Positions 50,552-60,367 of a DNA stretch of 64,000 nt are shown piece by piece (position 1 is the first letter of the stretch; each line of letters starts with the position of its first letter). Origin of the DNA: Candidatus Eiseniibacteriota bacterium (GTDB lineage: Bacteria > Eisenbacteria > RBG-16-71-46); NCBI GenBank assembly GCA_013140805.1, contig JABFRW010000033.1, forward strand, positions 245-64,244. The letters are read 5' to 3'. The notes below the pieces were generated by a model, which saw only the letters and a list, made by a program, of their open reading frames with translations, searched no databases and was not told the origin of the DNA. The position numbers and the translations under genes are program-made.

Positions 50552-51904
50552 ATGCGCTTTCCCGATCTGCTCGCGACTCGGCCGGGTCGCATGGCCGCAT
50601 TCTTCTTCCTCTACATGACCGAGGGCATTCCCCTCGGTTTCACGGCCACCGCGATCGCCACTCAGATGCGCCGCCAGGGCCTCGGCCCGGCCGAGATCGG
50701 GGCGTTCGTCGCCTCGCTCTACCTGCCGTGGGCATTCAAGTGGGCGACCGGGCCGTTCGTCGACGTGATCGCCTCGGATCGGCTCGGGCGCCGACGCGGC
50801 TGGATCCTCATCATGCAGTTGCTGATGGTGGCGACGCTGCTGATCGCGTTCCCGGTCGACTACGTGAAGAACCTGCAGTTCTTCACGGTGCTCATCTTCA
50901 TCCACAACCTGTTCGCGGCCACCATGGACGTCGCGATCGACGCACTCGCGGTCAACGTCCTGCCCGAGGCGGAGCGTGGTGCCGCGAACGGCTTCATGTT
51001 CGGCGGCGCCTATATCGGCCAGGCGGTCGGCGGTGCCGGCGTGCTGTTCCTGGTGCCGCATCTGGGCTTCCCGCCGACCTTCTTCGTGGTCGCCGCCACC
51101 ATCCTCCTGGTCACGGTGTTCGTGGTGCTGCCGTTGCGCGAGCCACCAGGTCCGCCGCGCCCGGCGGTGATCGGCAGCAAGCTCGTCGCGATCGGCACCG
51201 AGATCGGACAGTTCGCCAAGGACGCCTTCAGCGCCTTCATCGGCAGCCGGGGTGCGTTCGTGGGACTGCTGTTCGCGCTGCTGCCGGGCGGCGCCTATGC
51301 GCTCGGTCTCGCGCTGCAATCGAATCTCGCGGTCGAGCTGGGCTTGAACGACACGCAGGTGGGCTTCATCAATCTGTGGTCGACCGTGATCTCGGCGGTG
51401 TTCTGCGTCGCCGGCGGGTGGCTCTCGGATCGCTTCGGCCGCCGCATCACGCTCGCGTGGACGATGGCCGCGACGGTGCTGCCGACCCTCTATCTCGCCT
51501 ACGTGATGCATCAACAGCACTGGATCATGCCGGTGCCGCTCGATGCCGCGAATCGCGCGGTCCCGAGTGCGGTGCTGGTCGGAACCTTCTGGGCGACAGT
51601 GCTGATCTACAACGTGTTCCAGGGTCTTTACTACGGCATCCGCACGGCGCTGTTCATGGACGTCACCACGCCTCGAGTGGCGGCGACTCAGTTCACCGCC
51701 TACATGGCGCTCATGAATCTCGCAATCTCGTTCAGCGCGCAGTGGCAGGGCTGGGCGGTCGAGCGATTCGGGTATCCGAAGACGCTCGCCGCCGATTGCG
51801 TGATCGGACTCGTGTGTCTGGCGTGCCTGCCGTTCATGGGCGCGGTCAAGAAACGCATGGACGCGGGACCGGGTGCTGCGATTCCCGAGGCGATCGCGCC
51901 CTAG
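50552..51904 (+). CDS. MFS transporter (AmpG/PAT-like)
   Basis: 12-TM profile with an MFS signature region around GRRRGWIL. Confidence 0.75.
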   Translation: MRFPDLLATRPGRMAAFFFLYMTEGIPLGFTATAIATQMRRQGLGPAEIGAFVASLYLPWAFKWATGPFVDVIASDRLGRRRGWILIMQLLMVATLLIAFPVDYVKNLQFFTVLIFIHNLFAATMDVAIDALAVNVLPEAERGAANGFMFGGAYIGQAVGGAGVLFLVPHLGFPPTFFVVAATILLVTVFVVLPLREPPGPPRPAVIGSKLVAIGTEIGQFAKDAFSAFIGSRGAFVGLLFALLPGGAYALGLALQSNLAVELGLNDTQVGFINLWSTVISAVFCVAGGWLSDRFGRRITLAWTMAATVLPTLYLAYVMHQQHWIMPVPLDAANRAVPSAVLVGTFWATVLIYNVFQGLYYGIRTALFMDVTTPRVAATQFTAYMALMNLAISFSAQWQGWAVERFGYPKTLAADCVIGLVCLACLPFMGAVKKRMDAGPGAAIPEAIAP

Positions 51905-52812
51905 TCGGGTCGTCGCGACTCTTCGAGTTCCTCGAGCGACCTGGGCCAGTCGCGTTTGAGCAGTCGCGACAGCGCGCGATCCGCGAGCAGACGCCCTCCG
52001 GTCTGGCAGCGCGCGCAATAGTTCGTCTCGTGTTCGGCGTAGACGATGCGCTGCACCGGCGCCCCGCACACCGGACACGGCAGCTTGAAACGGCCGTGCA
52101 CCGCCATCTCGGGGCGAAACGCGGTGACCTTCTCGGGGAACCGATCGCCGCTCTGCGATCGCAGCCGCTCGGTCCACTCGGTCAGCACCTCGCGGGTTGC
52201 GTTCCATAGCGTCTCGATCGTTGCGTCGTCCAGTCGCGCGGTGCGGCGCAACGGCGAGAGCCGCGCGCGGTGCAGGATCTCGTCCGAATACGAGTTGCCG
52301 ATCCCGCTGAACAGACGCGGATCGGTGAGCGCGCGCTTGAGCGTGTGGTCCTCGAGTCTGAGCCGCAGCGCGAACTCTTCACGGCTCGCCTCGAGCGGCT
52401 CGAGGCCGCCCGGGTCGAGCGCGCGAAGTTCCGGGGTTCCGGCGAGCACGTGCAGCGCGGCGCGCTGATGGCTCGAAGCCTCGGTCAGGAGCAAGGTGCC
52501 GCGATCGAAGTCGAATGCGGCGAGCCCCACCTTGCCGGGAATCGCGACCGGCGTCGCCGCGGCGTCACGCCAGCGGAAGCGCCCCGAGATCATGAGATGG
52601 ATCGCGAGGAACCACTCGCGCTCGAGTGCGAGCACGATTCGCTTGCCGAGCCGCGTCACACCCGTGACCGCGCGGCCGTCACACGCTTCGAGCGGAGGAT
52701 CGGCGGTGCGCAACAGGTTCAGGCTGCGCACCCGTACCCGCTCGAGCCGCGCGCCGATCAATCGCCGCTGCAGGTGCTCGACGTAGACGACGACGTCCGG
52801 AAGTTCTGGCAT
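51901..52812 (-). CDS. Formamidopyrimidine-DNA glycosylase / endonuclease VIII family (Fpg/Nei) with C-terminal zinc finger
   Basis: Canonical N-terminus MPELPDVVVYVEHL with catalytic Pro2/Glu3. H2TH region. C-x2-C-x16-C-x2-C finger (CPVCGAPV...CARCQ). Confidence 0.8.
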   Translation of the reverse strand: MPELPDVVVYVEHLQRRLIGARLERVRVRSLNLLRTADPPLEACDGRAVTGVTRLGKRIVLALEREWFLAIHLMISGRFRWRDAAATPVAIPGKVGLAAFDFDRGTLLLTEASSHQRAALHVLAGTPELRALDPGGLEPLEASREEFALRLRLEDHTLKRALTDPRLFSGIGNSYSDEILHRARLSPLRRTARLDDATIETLWNATREVLTEWTERLRSQSGDRFPEKVTAFRPEMAVHGRFKLPCPVCGAPVQRIVYAEHETNYCARCQTGGRLLADRALSRLLKRDWPRSLEELEESRRPD

Positions 52813-52835
52813 GCGGCACGCGGTCCTGCCGCGGG

Positions 52836-52860
52836 GGCGTGAGGGCTGAGCCCTCACGCC
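52836..52860. terminator. Perfect 11-bp-stem hairpin GGCGTGAGGGC-tga-GCCCTCACGCC downstream of the thioredoxin-like gene
   Basis: Perfect inverted repeat seen directly in the 52813-52875 intergenic region. There is no obvious U-tract, as expected for a high-GC genome. Confidence 0.35.
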
Positions 52861-52875
52861 GACCCCGCGATGTGA

Positions 52876-53502
52876 CTAGTCCGAGCTCTTCTCGTGGAAC
52901 TTGATGCTGCAACCGATCGACTTGGTCTCGGCCAGCGTCACGGCCTTGTTCGAAGCCACCGCGGCCACCGCATTGCGCAGATAGGGTTCCTTCACGGCCT
53001 TGGCGTCACGCGAGTTGTCGTCGATCGCGCCGTGATAGACGAGCTTGCCCGCGGCATCGAACAGGAACACTTCAGGCGTGCGCGTCGCACCGAACGCCCG
53101 TGCGAGGTTCGAGTGGGCGTCCACCACGTACGGAAACTTGAGTCCGAGCGTCTTCGCGCGGGACTGCATCTGCGCGTAGCTGTCCTCGGCGTTCACGGAC
53201 GGGTCGTTCGAGTTGATCGCGATCACTCCGATGCCCTGGCCGAGCGCCTGATTGCCGAGCTTGGCGACCCGCGACTCCCACGCCTTGGCGAACGGACATG
53301 CGTTGCAGGTGAACACCACCAGCGTGCCCTTCTTGCCGGCGACGTTTGCGAGGGTCAGCGACTTGCCGTCGACGTTCTGCAGTGCGACGTCGGTCTGCGG
53401 GGCGACCTCGCCGATCGCGAGCGCGCTCGAATCGGATGCCAGGGTCGTCAACGTGAGCGTGGCGAGCGCGGCCACAGCCGCCAGACGAATCAGAGACTTC
53501 AT
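52876..53502 (-). CDS. Secreted thioredoxin-fold redoxin (AhpC/TSA-TlpA-like), CxxC = CNAC
   Basis: GGAGG RBS. Signal peptide MKSLIRLAAVAALATLTLTTLA. The LVVFTCNACPFAK motif is present. Confidence 0.7.
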   Translation of the reverse strand: MKSLIRLAAVAALATLTLTTLASDSSALAIGEVAPQTDVALQNVDGKSLTLANVAGKKGTLVVFTCNACPFAKAWESRVAKLGNQALGQGIGVIAINSNDPSVNAEDSYAQMQSRAKTLGLKFPYVVDAHSNLARAFGATRTPEVFLFDAAGKLVYHGAIDDNSRDAKAVKEPYLRNAVAAVASNKAVTLAETKSIGCSIKFHEKSSD

Positions 53503-54104
53503 GGAGTGCCTCCGGGGATTGCGGGTGAGGAAGCGAGCAATGGCAGCACCGCCTGTTCGAATCGCGCGTAGTCCGCGCGACCTTCCCAGAACGCGGTGAC
53601 GTTTCCTTGCGCATCGAGCACCAGAGTGGCGGGCAGCGCTCCACTCCAACGTCCGTCGATGCCGTTGATGAATGCTTGATCGTCGCCGGTCTTGAGCAGC
53701 CACGGTTCAGGCGCATGATGCTGCGCGAGAAACGCACGCACCTGCGGAGCCTGGTCGTCGAAGTCGGCGGACACGAACAACACGCGCAGGCCGCGATCGC
53801 GATGCGCTGCGGCGAGCCGCACGATGTCGGGGAACTCCTCGCGGCACGGAGCGCACCACGTGGCCCACAGGTTGACGAGGGTCGCGCGACCACCGGCCGC
53901 TCGCGCTCGCGCGCGAAGTTCGGCCGCGGTCACACGCTCGAGCGCCGGCCCGATCGAGTCCGCGGCGGCCGCGAGCGTCGAGTCCGAGTGTTCCGACGCA
54001 TCGTGACCGGCCCGCTCCGGCGAGGCCGAGCAGCCCGCGATCAGCGCGACGCCGGCGAGCGTCAGGCCGCCGGCGAGCCGCACGAGTGAGGTGATGTGTC
54101 GCAT
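53499..54104 (-). CDS. TlpA-family thiol:disulfide oxidoreductase lipoprotein, CxxC = CAPC
   Basis: Lipobox LIAGCSA. WATWCAPCREEFP motif. ATGA overlap with the downstream redoxin gene. The start is ambiguous (ATG 54104 versus upstream 54155). Confidence 0.65.
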   Translation of the reverse strand: MRHITSLVRLAGGLTLAGVALIAGCSASPERAGHDASEHSDSTLAAAADSIGPALERVTAAELRARARAAGGRATLVNLWATWCAPCREEFPDIVRLAAAHRDRGLRVLFVSADFDDQAPQVRAFLAQHHAPEPWLLKTGDDQAFINGIDGRWSGALPATLVLDAQGNVTAFWEGRADYARFEQAVLPLLASSPAIPGGTP

Positions 54105-54170
54105 TGGATCGGAGGATGCCACGGCCGTGCGGTTCGGACTGTCCGCATCTCGCAAAGAGATACGAGCGCC

Positions 54171-55706
54171 TCAGCTTCGCGCGCCGGCCGCCTCGCGCGA
54201 TTCGAGTCCGTAGAGCGGCGCGTACTTGCCCCACAGATACGTCATGTACGGCTCGACGCTGAGCGGCCCGCCGGTCACGCGCATCAGCAGCTCATCCGCG
54301 GTGAACTTGGAGCCGTGCTGGTAGATGTGGTCGCGCATCCAGCCGTGCAGGTTCGCGAACTCGCCGCGCGCGATGTCGTCGGGGATCGTCGGAAGCGCCT
54401 TCAGTGCCGCGGCGTAGAACTGCCCGCCCATGATGTTGCCGAGCGTGTAGCCCTGGAACGCGCCGCCGATCAGGCCGGCATACCAGTGAACGTCCTGCAG
54501 GATGCCGTCGCGATCGTCGGGTGCCCGCACCCCGAGGTCCTGCTGATAGCGCGCATGCCAGGCTTCCGGAAGATCCTTGATCGCCAGCCGTCCCTCGAGC
54601 AGGTCGAGCTCGAGATCGAAACGGATCATGACGTGCAGGTTGTAGGTGACCTCGTCGGCCTCGGTGCGGACCAGGCTGCGCTTGACGCGATTGATCGCAC
54701 GGTAGAACGCTTCTTCGCTCACGCCGGAGATCGAGTCGCCGAATGCATCGCGCAGCAGCGGGAACGCGAACTGCCAGAATCCGCGGCTGCGGCCGACCAG
54801 GTTCTCCCACAGTCGGGACTGGCTCTCGTGAACGCCCGACGAGGTGCCGTTCGCGAGCGGGGTGCCTTCGAGGTCCATGCGGATGCCCTGCTCGTACATG
54901 GCGTGACCGGCTTCGTGGAGCATGCTGAACAGGCCGTCGCTGAAGTCGTCCTCGTTGACGCGCGCGGTGATGCGCACGTCGCCGAGCGAGAACTTGGTCA
55001 TGAACGGATGGAGCGTGATGTCCTGGCGGCCGCGCTCGTAGTCGTAGCCGAAGCGCTTCACCATCGCGGTCGCGAACGCCATCTGCCGATCGGCCGGCAC
55101 GCGCCGATGCAGCACCGACTCGTCGATCGGCGGCTGCTCCGCGATCGCGCGCGCCAGCGGCACCAGCCGTGCACGCAACTCGGCGAACACCGCGCGCACG
55201 CTCGATGCCTTCATGCCGTAGTCCGAGTAGTCGATCAGCGGATCGGCGATGCTCTCGTAGCCGGGGAAGCAGTCGGCGTAGCGGCGGCTCAGCTCGAGCG
55301 TCTTCTCGAGCAACGGGCGAACGCGCGCGAAGTCGTTCGCGGGCCGCGCCTCGGCCCACTCCTGATACGAGTGTGCGATGTGGCGATTGAGTTCCGAGAT
55401 CAGTTCCGCCGGCACCTTGATCGCCTGGTCGTACTCACGCCGGGTCACGCGAATCAGCGCGGCGTCGTCCGAGTCGTAGGGCTGCTTCGCGGCCCACGGC
55501 TCGAGGGTTTCGAGCAGCTTCCCGATCGCGGGATCCACGAGGCGCTGGTGCGCGATCGCGCCGACCGTCGCCATCTGTCGTCCGCGCGCCGCGGCACCGC
55601 CGGGCGGCATGTAGGTGGACTGATCCCAGCTCAACACCGACCCCGTCATGCGGAGGTCGAAGATTTCCTGAAGCCGGGTCTTCAACTCAACGAGTGGCTC
55701 GCGCAT
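54171..55706 (-). CDS. M32 carboxypeptidase (Taq-type)
   Basis: HEAGHAMYEQG (HExxH) and the HESQSRLWEN and DRDGILQDVHW motifs are present. Product is 511 aa. Confidence 0.85.
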   Translation of the reverse strand: MREPLVELKTRLQEIFDLRMTGSVLSWDQSTYMPPGGAAARGRQMATVGAIAHQRLVDPAIGKLLETLEPWAAKQPYDSDDAALIRVTRREYDQAIKVPAELISELNRHIAHSYQEWAEARPANDFARVRPLLEKTLELSRRYADCFPGYESIADPLIDYSDYGMKASSVRAVFAELRARLVPLARAIAEQPPIDESVLHRRVPADRQMAFATAMVKRFGYDYERGRQDITLHPFMTKFSLGDVRITARVNEDDFSDGLFSMLHEAGHAMYEQGIRMDLEGTPLANGTSSGVHESQSRLWENLVGRSRGFWQFAFPLLRDAFGDSISGVSEEAFYRAINRVKRSLVRTEADEVTYNLHVMIRFDLELDLLEGRLAIKDLPEAWHARYQQDLGVRAPDDRDGILQDVHWYAGLIGGAFQGYTLGNIMGGQFYAAALKALPTIPDDIARGEFANLHGWMRDHIYQHGSKFTADELLMRVTGGPLSVEPYMTYLWGKYAPLYGLESREAAGARS

Positions 55707-55751
55707 GTCGGGATTCCAAAGCGAAGGGGAGAGTTCGCGCGGAGGCGCGGC

Positions 55752-55775
55752 GGCGGCCGCGACATCGCGGCCGCC
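55752..55775. terminator. 10-bp-stem GC hairpin downstream of the cyclophilin gene
   Basis: GGCGGCCGCG-acat-CGCGGCCGCC inverted repeat in the 55707-55791 gap. Confidence 0.3.
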
Positions 55776-55791
55776 CGGGCGAGTGGATCGG

Positions 55792-56490
55792 TTACTTCAC
55801 TTCGATCGTGGCCTTCTCGAGCATCACGACTTCACTGGTCTTGCCGCTCGACGAGCCGACCGCTTCGAGCGCCTTCAGGACGTCCATGCCTTCGACGACC
55901 GAGCCGAAGATCGAGTGCCTGCCGTCGAGCCACGGAGTCGCGACGAAGGTCAGGAAGAACTGGCTGCCGTCGGTGCCGGGGCCGGCGTTCGCCATCGAGA
56001 GCAGGCCGCCGCGATCGTGCTTGGCGCCGGGGCTGAACTCGCCGTCGAACTGGTAGCCGGGGCCGCCCATGCCGCTGCCGAGCGGATCGCCGCCCTGCGC
56101 CATGAAGCCCGGGATCACGCGATGGAACTTGAGGCCGTCGAAGAACCCCAGCTGCGTCAGGTACATGAAGTTCGTGACGTGCATCGGAGCGACGTCCGGC
56201 ATGAACTGGATCAACACTGTTCCCTTGTTCGTCACCATGCGCATGAAGTACTGGCGCGCGGGGTCGAACTTGACCGGCGTCGGCTTCGGCAGCGAGGTGC
56301 GCCACGACGGGTTCTTGGTATCGATCTTGGCGTTCATGCACTGGGTGTCGATTTCCTTCATGGCGGCTTCCTTCTTGAGATCGACGACCTTCTTCGCAGC
56401 CGCTTTGACTGGCTTGGCCGAGGTCGAGGTGTTGGGGGTTCCACTCGCGAACAGCGAAACGGCGAGTACGCACGACAGCACCGAAATCAT
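55792..56490 (-). CDS. Secreted cyclophilin-type peptidyl-prolyl cis-trans isomerase
   Basis: FHRVIPGFMAQGGDP, GLLSMANAGPGTDGSQFFLTF and WLDGRHSIFG motifs. Signal peptide MISVLSCVLAVSLFASG. Start moved from 56895 to 56490. Confidence 0.85.
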   Translation of the reverse strand: MISVLSCVLAVSLFASGTPNTSTSAKPVKAAAKKVVDLKKEAAMKEIDTQCMNAKIDTKNPSWRTSLPKPTPVKFDPARQYFMRMVTNKGTVLIQFMPDVAPMHVTNFMYLTQLGFFDGLKFHRVIPGFMAQGGDPLGSGMGGPGYQFDGEFSPGAKHDRGGLLSMANAGPGTDGSQFFLTFVATPWLDGRHSIFGSVVEGMDVLKALEAVGSSSGKTSEVVMLEKATIEVK

Positions 56491-56624
56491 CGCGGAAATG
56501 CCTCCGAATATTTGGGATTGGATCAAGGAGCGTGCGAGGATGCGCCACCCTCGGAGGGTTGGCGAGCGGCGGACAATAGCATCCGGTCGCCACAGGTCGA
56601 AGCCCACGTTCGAAAGGGATTTCC

Positions 56625-57437
56625 GTGCGTCCGGATCGCCATGTCCTCTATGAGGCTGCCGTGCAGGGGGTCGAATACGACCTCGATTTTCTCGAGCGGG
56701 TGTATCGGCGTCACCACCGCGGCACCTTTCGGGACCTGCGCGAGGATTTCTGCGGCACCGCTCAGCTGGCGGGCGCGTGGGTGCTGCGGCGTCCGGCGAA
56801 TCGCGCCTGGGGCGTGGACCTCGATGCCGCCACGCTGGCATGGGCGCGCATGCATCGAGTGCCGCGACTGCGCCGCTCGGCCGAGCGGCTGACACTGGTG
56901 TGCGGGGACGTGCGTCGCGTGCGGCGTCCCGCGGTCGACGTGGTGGTGGCGCTGAATTTCTCCTACTGGGTGTTCAAGCAGCGCGCCGAACTGGTGCGGT
57001 ACTTCACCTGCGTGCGGCGTTCGCTCAAGCCCGGCGGCATGCTGGTGGCGAACGCGTTCGGCGGCACCGGAGCGCTGCAGAAGCTCACCGAGCGCACCCG
57101 CGTACCGACCTCGACCAGCATCGCCGGGGATCTGGTCCCGGGCTTCACCTACGTGTGGGAGCACCGCAGCTTCAATCCGATCGACCACGACATCCAGTGC
57201 GCCATCCACTTCGAGCTGCGCGACGGCCGGCGGATCCGCAACGCTTTCCGCTACGACTGGCGGCTGTGGACGCTGCCGGAGCTGCGCGACGCCATCGCCG
57301 AGGCCGGCTTTCGCGCCAGCGAGGTGTACGTCGAGGGCTGGAACGCGAAGCACGATCGCCCCGACGACACCTACCGGCTGAAGCGGCGGTTCGAGAACCA
57401 GGAAGGCTGGCTCGCCCACGTGATCGGAATCGCGTAG
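56625..57437 (+). CDS. Class I SAM-dependent methyltransferase (GTG start)
   Basis: Motif I-like DLREDFCGTAQLA and motif post-I/II (VDVVVALNFS) are present. Product is 270 aa. Confidence 0.55.
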   Translation: MRPDRHVLYEAAVQGVEYDLDFLERVYRRHHRGTFRDLREDFCGTAQLAGAWVLRRPANRAWGVDLDAATLAWARMHRVPRLRRSAERLTLVCGDVRRVRRPAVDVVVALNFSYWVFKQRAELVRYFTCVRRSLKPGGMLVANAFGGTGALQKLTERTRVPTSTSIAGDLVPGFTYVWEHRSFNPIDHDIQCAIHFELRDGRRIRNAFRYDWRLWTLPELRDAIAEAGFRASEVYVEGWNAKHDRPDDTYRLKRRFENQEGWLAHVIGIA

Positions 57438-57582
57438 GGCGGCGGGGCTCGGGGCTGACCCGATTGCCGGTCTCTCGTGTGACTCGCGGCGAATTGAGGC
57501 GTCTTTACGGTGTGACCCACGTGCTCCGAACGGGCCCCGACGGGCCGGCCACGGAGTGATCCCCCACCTCGGAGGCTTCATC

Positions 57583-58236
57583 ATGTCGCGGTTCGACCCT
57601 CGTTTCGCCGCCCACGTTCTCGGCGTCCTCGCTCTGGCCCTGTTCGCACTCCCCGGCATCGCGATGGCCCAGCGCGGGATGTCCGAACTGTCCGGGCTCG
57701 GAGGCATGCCGTCCACGCGCCCGATCGTGTTCGGCATCGGTGGCGGCATTGCGATGCCCTTGAACGAGGCGGGCGACGCGCTCGATCGCGGCTTCAACGG
57801 CAATGCCTACGTGCGATTCCAGCCCGCGATGCTGCCGTTCGGCTTCGGCGTGAACGTCTCATTCTCCAAGTTCGACCTGTCGGATGCCGAGGTCACGAGC
57901 GGAGTACCGAGTCCCGGCGCGAGCCCGATCGGCACCAGCCAGATGCTCGCGGGTCTCGCCGATCTCAAGTTCGACCTCATCAAAGGCCCGGTTCGCCCCT
58001 ACGTCCTGCTGGGGCTCGGCGCCTACAACCTGAGCACCGACCTCGAGGGTGCGAGCACCGAGTCGGTGTCGGAGACCCGCTTCGGCGTGAACGGCGGTGC
58101 CGGGCTCTCGATCCAGATCGGGCCGATGCGCCTGTGGGGCCAGGGCCGCGTCGACAACATGTACACGGAAGAGGGCGGCCTGGTGGATACCAAGTCGATT
58201 CAGGTCGTCCCGGTCACGTTCGGGTTGGAGTTCTAA
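57583..58236 (+). CDS. Outer-membrane beta-barrel protein (OmpA-barrel/opacity-porin-like)
   Basis: GGAGG RBS. Signal peptide MSRFDPRFAAHVLGVLALALFALPGIAMA. Alternating amphipathic strands. C-terminal F. Confidence 0.65.
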   Translation: MSRFDPRFAAHVLGVLALALFALPGIAMAQRGMSELSGLGGMPSTRPIVFGIGGGIAMPLNEAGDALDRGFNGNAYVRFQPAMLPFGFGVNVSFSKFDLSDAEVTSGVPSPGASPIGTSQMLAGLADLKFDLIKGPVRPYVLLGLGAYNLSTDLEGASTESVSETRFGVNGGAGLSIQIGPMRLWGQGRVDNMYTEEGGLVDTKSIQVVPVTFGLEF

Positions 58237-58278
58237 CCGAGCTTCAGATCGAGAGCGGTCCGCACCGATAACGGCGGC

Positions 58279-60354
58279 ATGCCTGGCATGCCGCCGTTCG
58301 TCGTCTGGCTCGTCGTTGCGGCGGGTCTCGCGCTCTGGAATCACCGCTTCGCGCTCGCCGTGGAACGGCGCGTCGGCGCGGTGCCGTTCTTCGCAACCGC
58401 GCAGCGGGCCGGGTGGATCTCGGGCCTCGCGTTCATGAGCTGGCTCATGATCACGATTCCGGGCGTGATGCGCATGCTCATGCAGCGCGGTATTCCGGAC
58501 TCGCACGCTCCGTCGCTGGGGCTGCTCGCGGTGGTGGCGCCGCCGGTCGTGTTCGTGGCGCTCAACGGACTGCTGGTGCAGGCCGTCGCGCGCCGGGCGC
58601 GCATGACGGCCTGGAGTGCTCGCGAGGCGCTCGAGGATGCGATCACGCTGGTGGTCGGCGCGCTGTGCCCGACCGCGCTGATCGGTCTCGCGATCGAAGC
58701 CACGCGCGCCTACCGACTGCGCGCGGCACTGCTGCTCGCGGTGACCGCGATCGCGGTCACGCTGGTGCTGGCGTTGCGGCGCCATCGACTGCACGGCCTT
58801 CTGCCGCATGCCGTGATGAGCGGAGAGCTGCGCGATCGGGTGTTCGCGCTCGCCGCGCTCGCCGGGGTCAAATTGCAGCAGCTCCACGTGGTGCCGTTGC
58901 GCAGCTTTCGGATCGCCAATGCGTTCGCGGTGCAGGGCGATCGCGTGATGCTCACGGACGTGCTGCTCGGCGCGCTGTCACGCGAAGAGGTCGACGCCGT
59001 ACTGGCGCACGAGATGGCGCACTTGAAGCGCCGCGACCCCGACCGTCTGCAGCGCGTGATGGTGATCGGGATCACGGCGCTGGTGATGGCGCCGATGCTG
59101 TTGCGCGACCTGGTGCCCGGGTGGGTGTGGATCGCTGCTCCGATCGGGGGCTTCTTCGCGCTCCTCGCGCACCATCGGGCGATGGAGTACGCGACCGACG
59201 CCGAAGCGGTGAAGCTCGGTGCCGATCCGCGCGCGCTGATCCTCGGCCTGGTGCGCCTCGGACAGCTGGCGCAGATGCCGGTGCGATGGTCCCGGTGGCT
59301 CGAGCTCGCGCTCACGCACCCTTCGACCGAGCGGCGGGCGATGCGACTCGTCGCGAGCTATCGCCTCGACGCCGGCGCCATGCGCGCGGCTCTCGATGCG
59401 CCTCCGCCGCTCGGGCCCTGCTACGAGATGCCTGCGGTGCTCGACGAGAGACGCGCGTTCGGCCCCGCGTTCAAGCGCGGCCTCATGCAGCGCATCTCGC
59501 TCGGTCTGCTGCTGGCGCCGCCGCTCGCGGCCACCACCGTGGTCGCGGTTGCGGGGTGGCTCGATCCGGTCGCGCGCCCGATCGGCTTCGTTGCCGCCAC
59601 GATTGCGGCGTGGCTGGCGTTTCAGTGGGTGGCGCACGCGATCGTGCCGCGCTCGCTCGCGCGACTCGGGGACCCGGCCGAGCGGCGCGTCGGGCTGAGC
59701 CCGTCGCACACCTATCGACTGTTCGACGAACTCTCGATCTGGGACCTCGGCTGCGTGCGGCTGGAGCAGGACCGACTGGTCTACCGCGGCGAGGAGACTT
59801 CGTTCGCGCTCACTCGCGAACACGTTCGGGAGGTGTGGTTCGAGCGCGGGCCGGGCTGGATTCCGACCGGAGTGCTGCGCGTGCGGTGGGAAGGGTCGGA
59901 GGGTGCCGGCGGCATCTTCGGGCTCGATCCGATCGCGGGCGTGGGCGGGCGCCTGGGTGGGCGCGCCGCACGCGCGCTGCTCGCGGAAATCGAAGCGTGG
60001 CGCGGGGGCAGCACGGACGTGGTGCCCCCGCCCGCGGATGCGACATCGAACACCGCAGCGTCCGCGCACGCCGCCCCGCTCGGCGACCCGCCACGCTTCG
60101 CGGTCACGAGCCAGCCGCTGCGTGCAGCGCTCGAGCCGCGTCGGCTCGCCATGACCTGGCTGCTGCTTCTGATCGCCGCGGTGTCGCTCGCCGCCCTGAT
60201 CGGACTCACGCCGCTACCCACGCGACCGGGCTGGCTGGACCTCATCGCGGCATTGACGCTCGCGTATGCACTGCATGTCGCGCCGCTCGCTGCCTGGCGT
60301 GAAACGGCTGCTCCCGAGGCGCCGGCTTCGGACGCCGCGCGCCGCGCCGCTTGA
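58279..60354 (+). CDS. M48 family membrane metalloprotease (HtpX/Ste24-like) with ~350-aa C-terminal extension and terminal TM segment
   Basis: HEMAHLKRRD (HExxH) sits within a polytopic N-domain. The 691-aa product is about twice the typical HtpX length. Confidence 0.75.
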   Translation: MPGMPPFVVWLVVAAGLALWNHRFALAVERRVGAVPFFATAQRAGWISGLAFMSWLMITIPGVMRMLMQRGIPDSHAPSLGLLAVVAPPVVFVALNGLLVQAVARRARMTAWSAREALEDAITLVVGALCPTALIGLAIEATRAYRLRAALLLAVTAIAVTLVLALRRHRLHGLLPHAVMSGELRDRVFALAALAGVKLQQLHVVPLRSFRIANAFAVQGDRVMLTDVLLGALSREEVDAVLAHEMAHLKRRDPDRLQRVMVIGITALVMAPMLLRDLVPGWVWIAAPIGGFFALLAHHRAMEYATDAEAVKLGADPRALILGLVRLGQLAQMPVRWSRWLELALTHPSTERRAMRLVASYRLDAGAMRAALDAPPPLGPCYEMPAVLDERRAFGPAFKRGLMQRISLGLLLAPPLAATTVVAVAGWLDPVARPIGFVAATIAAWLAFQWVAHAIVPRSLARLGDPAERRVGLSPSHTYRLFDELSIWDLGCVRLEQDRLVYRGEETSFALTREHVREVWFERGPGWIPTGVLRVRWEGSEGAGGIFGLDPIAGVGGRLGGRAARALLAEIEAWRGGSTDVVPPPADATSNTAASAHAAPLGDPPRFAVTSQPLRAALEPRRLAMTWLLLLIAAVSLAALIGLTPLPTRPGWLDLIAALTLAYALHVAPLAAWRETAAPEAPASDAARRAA

Positions 60355-60367
60355 GCGAAGCGGCCCG

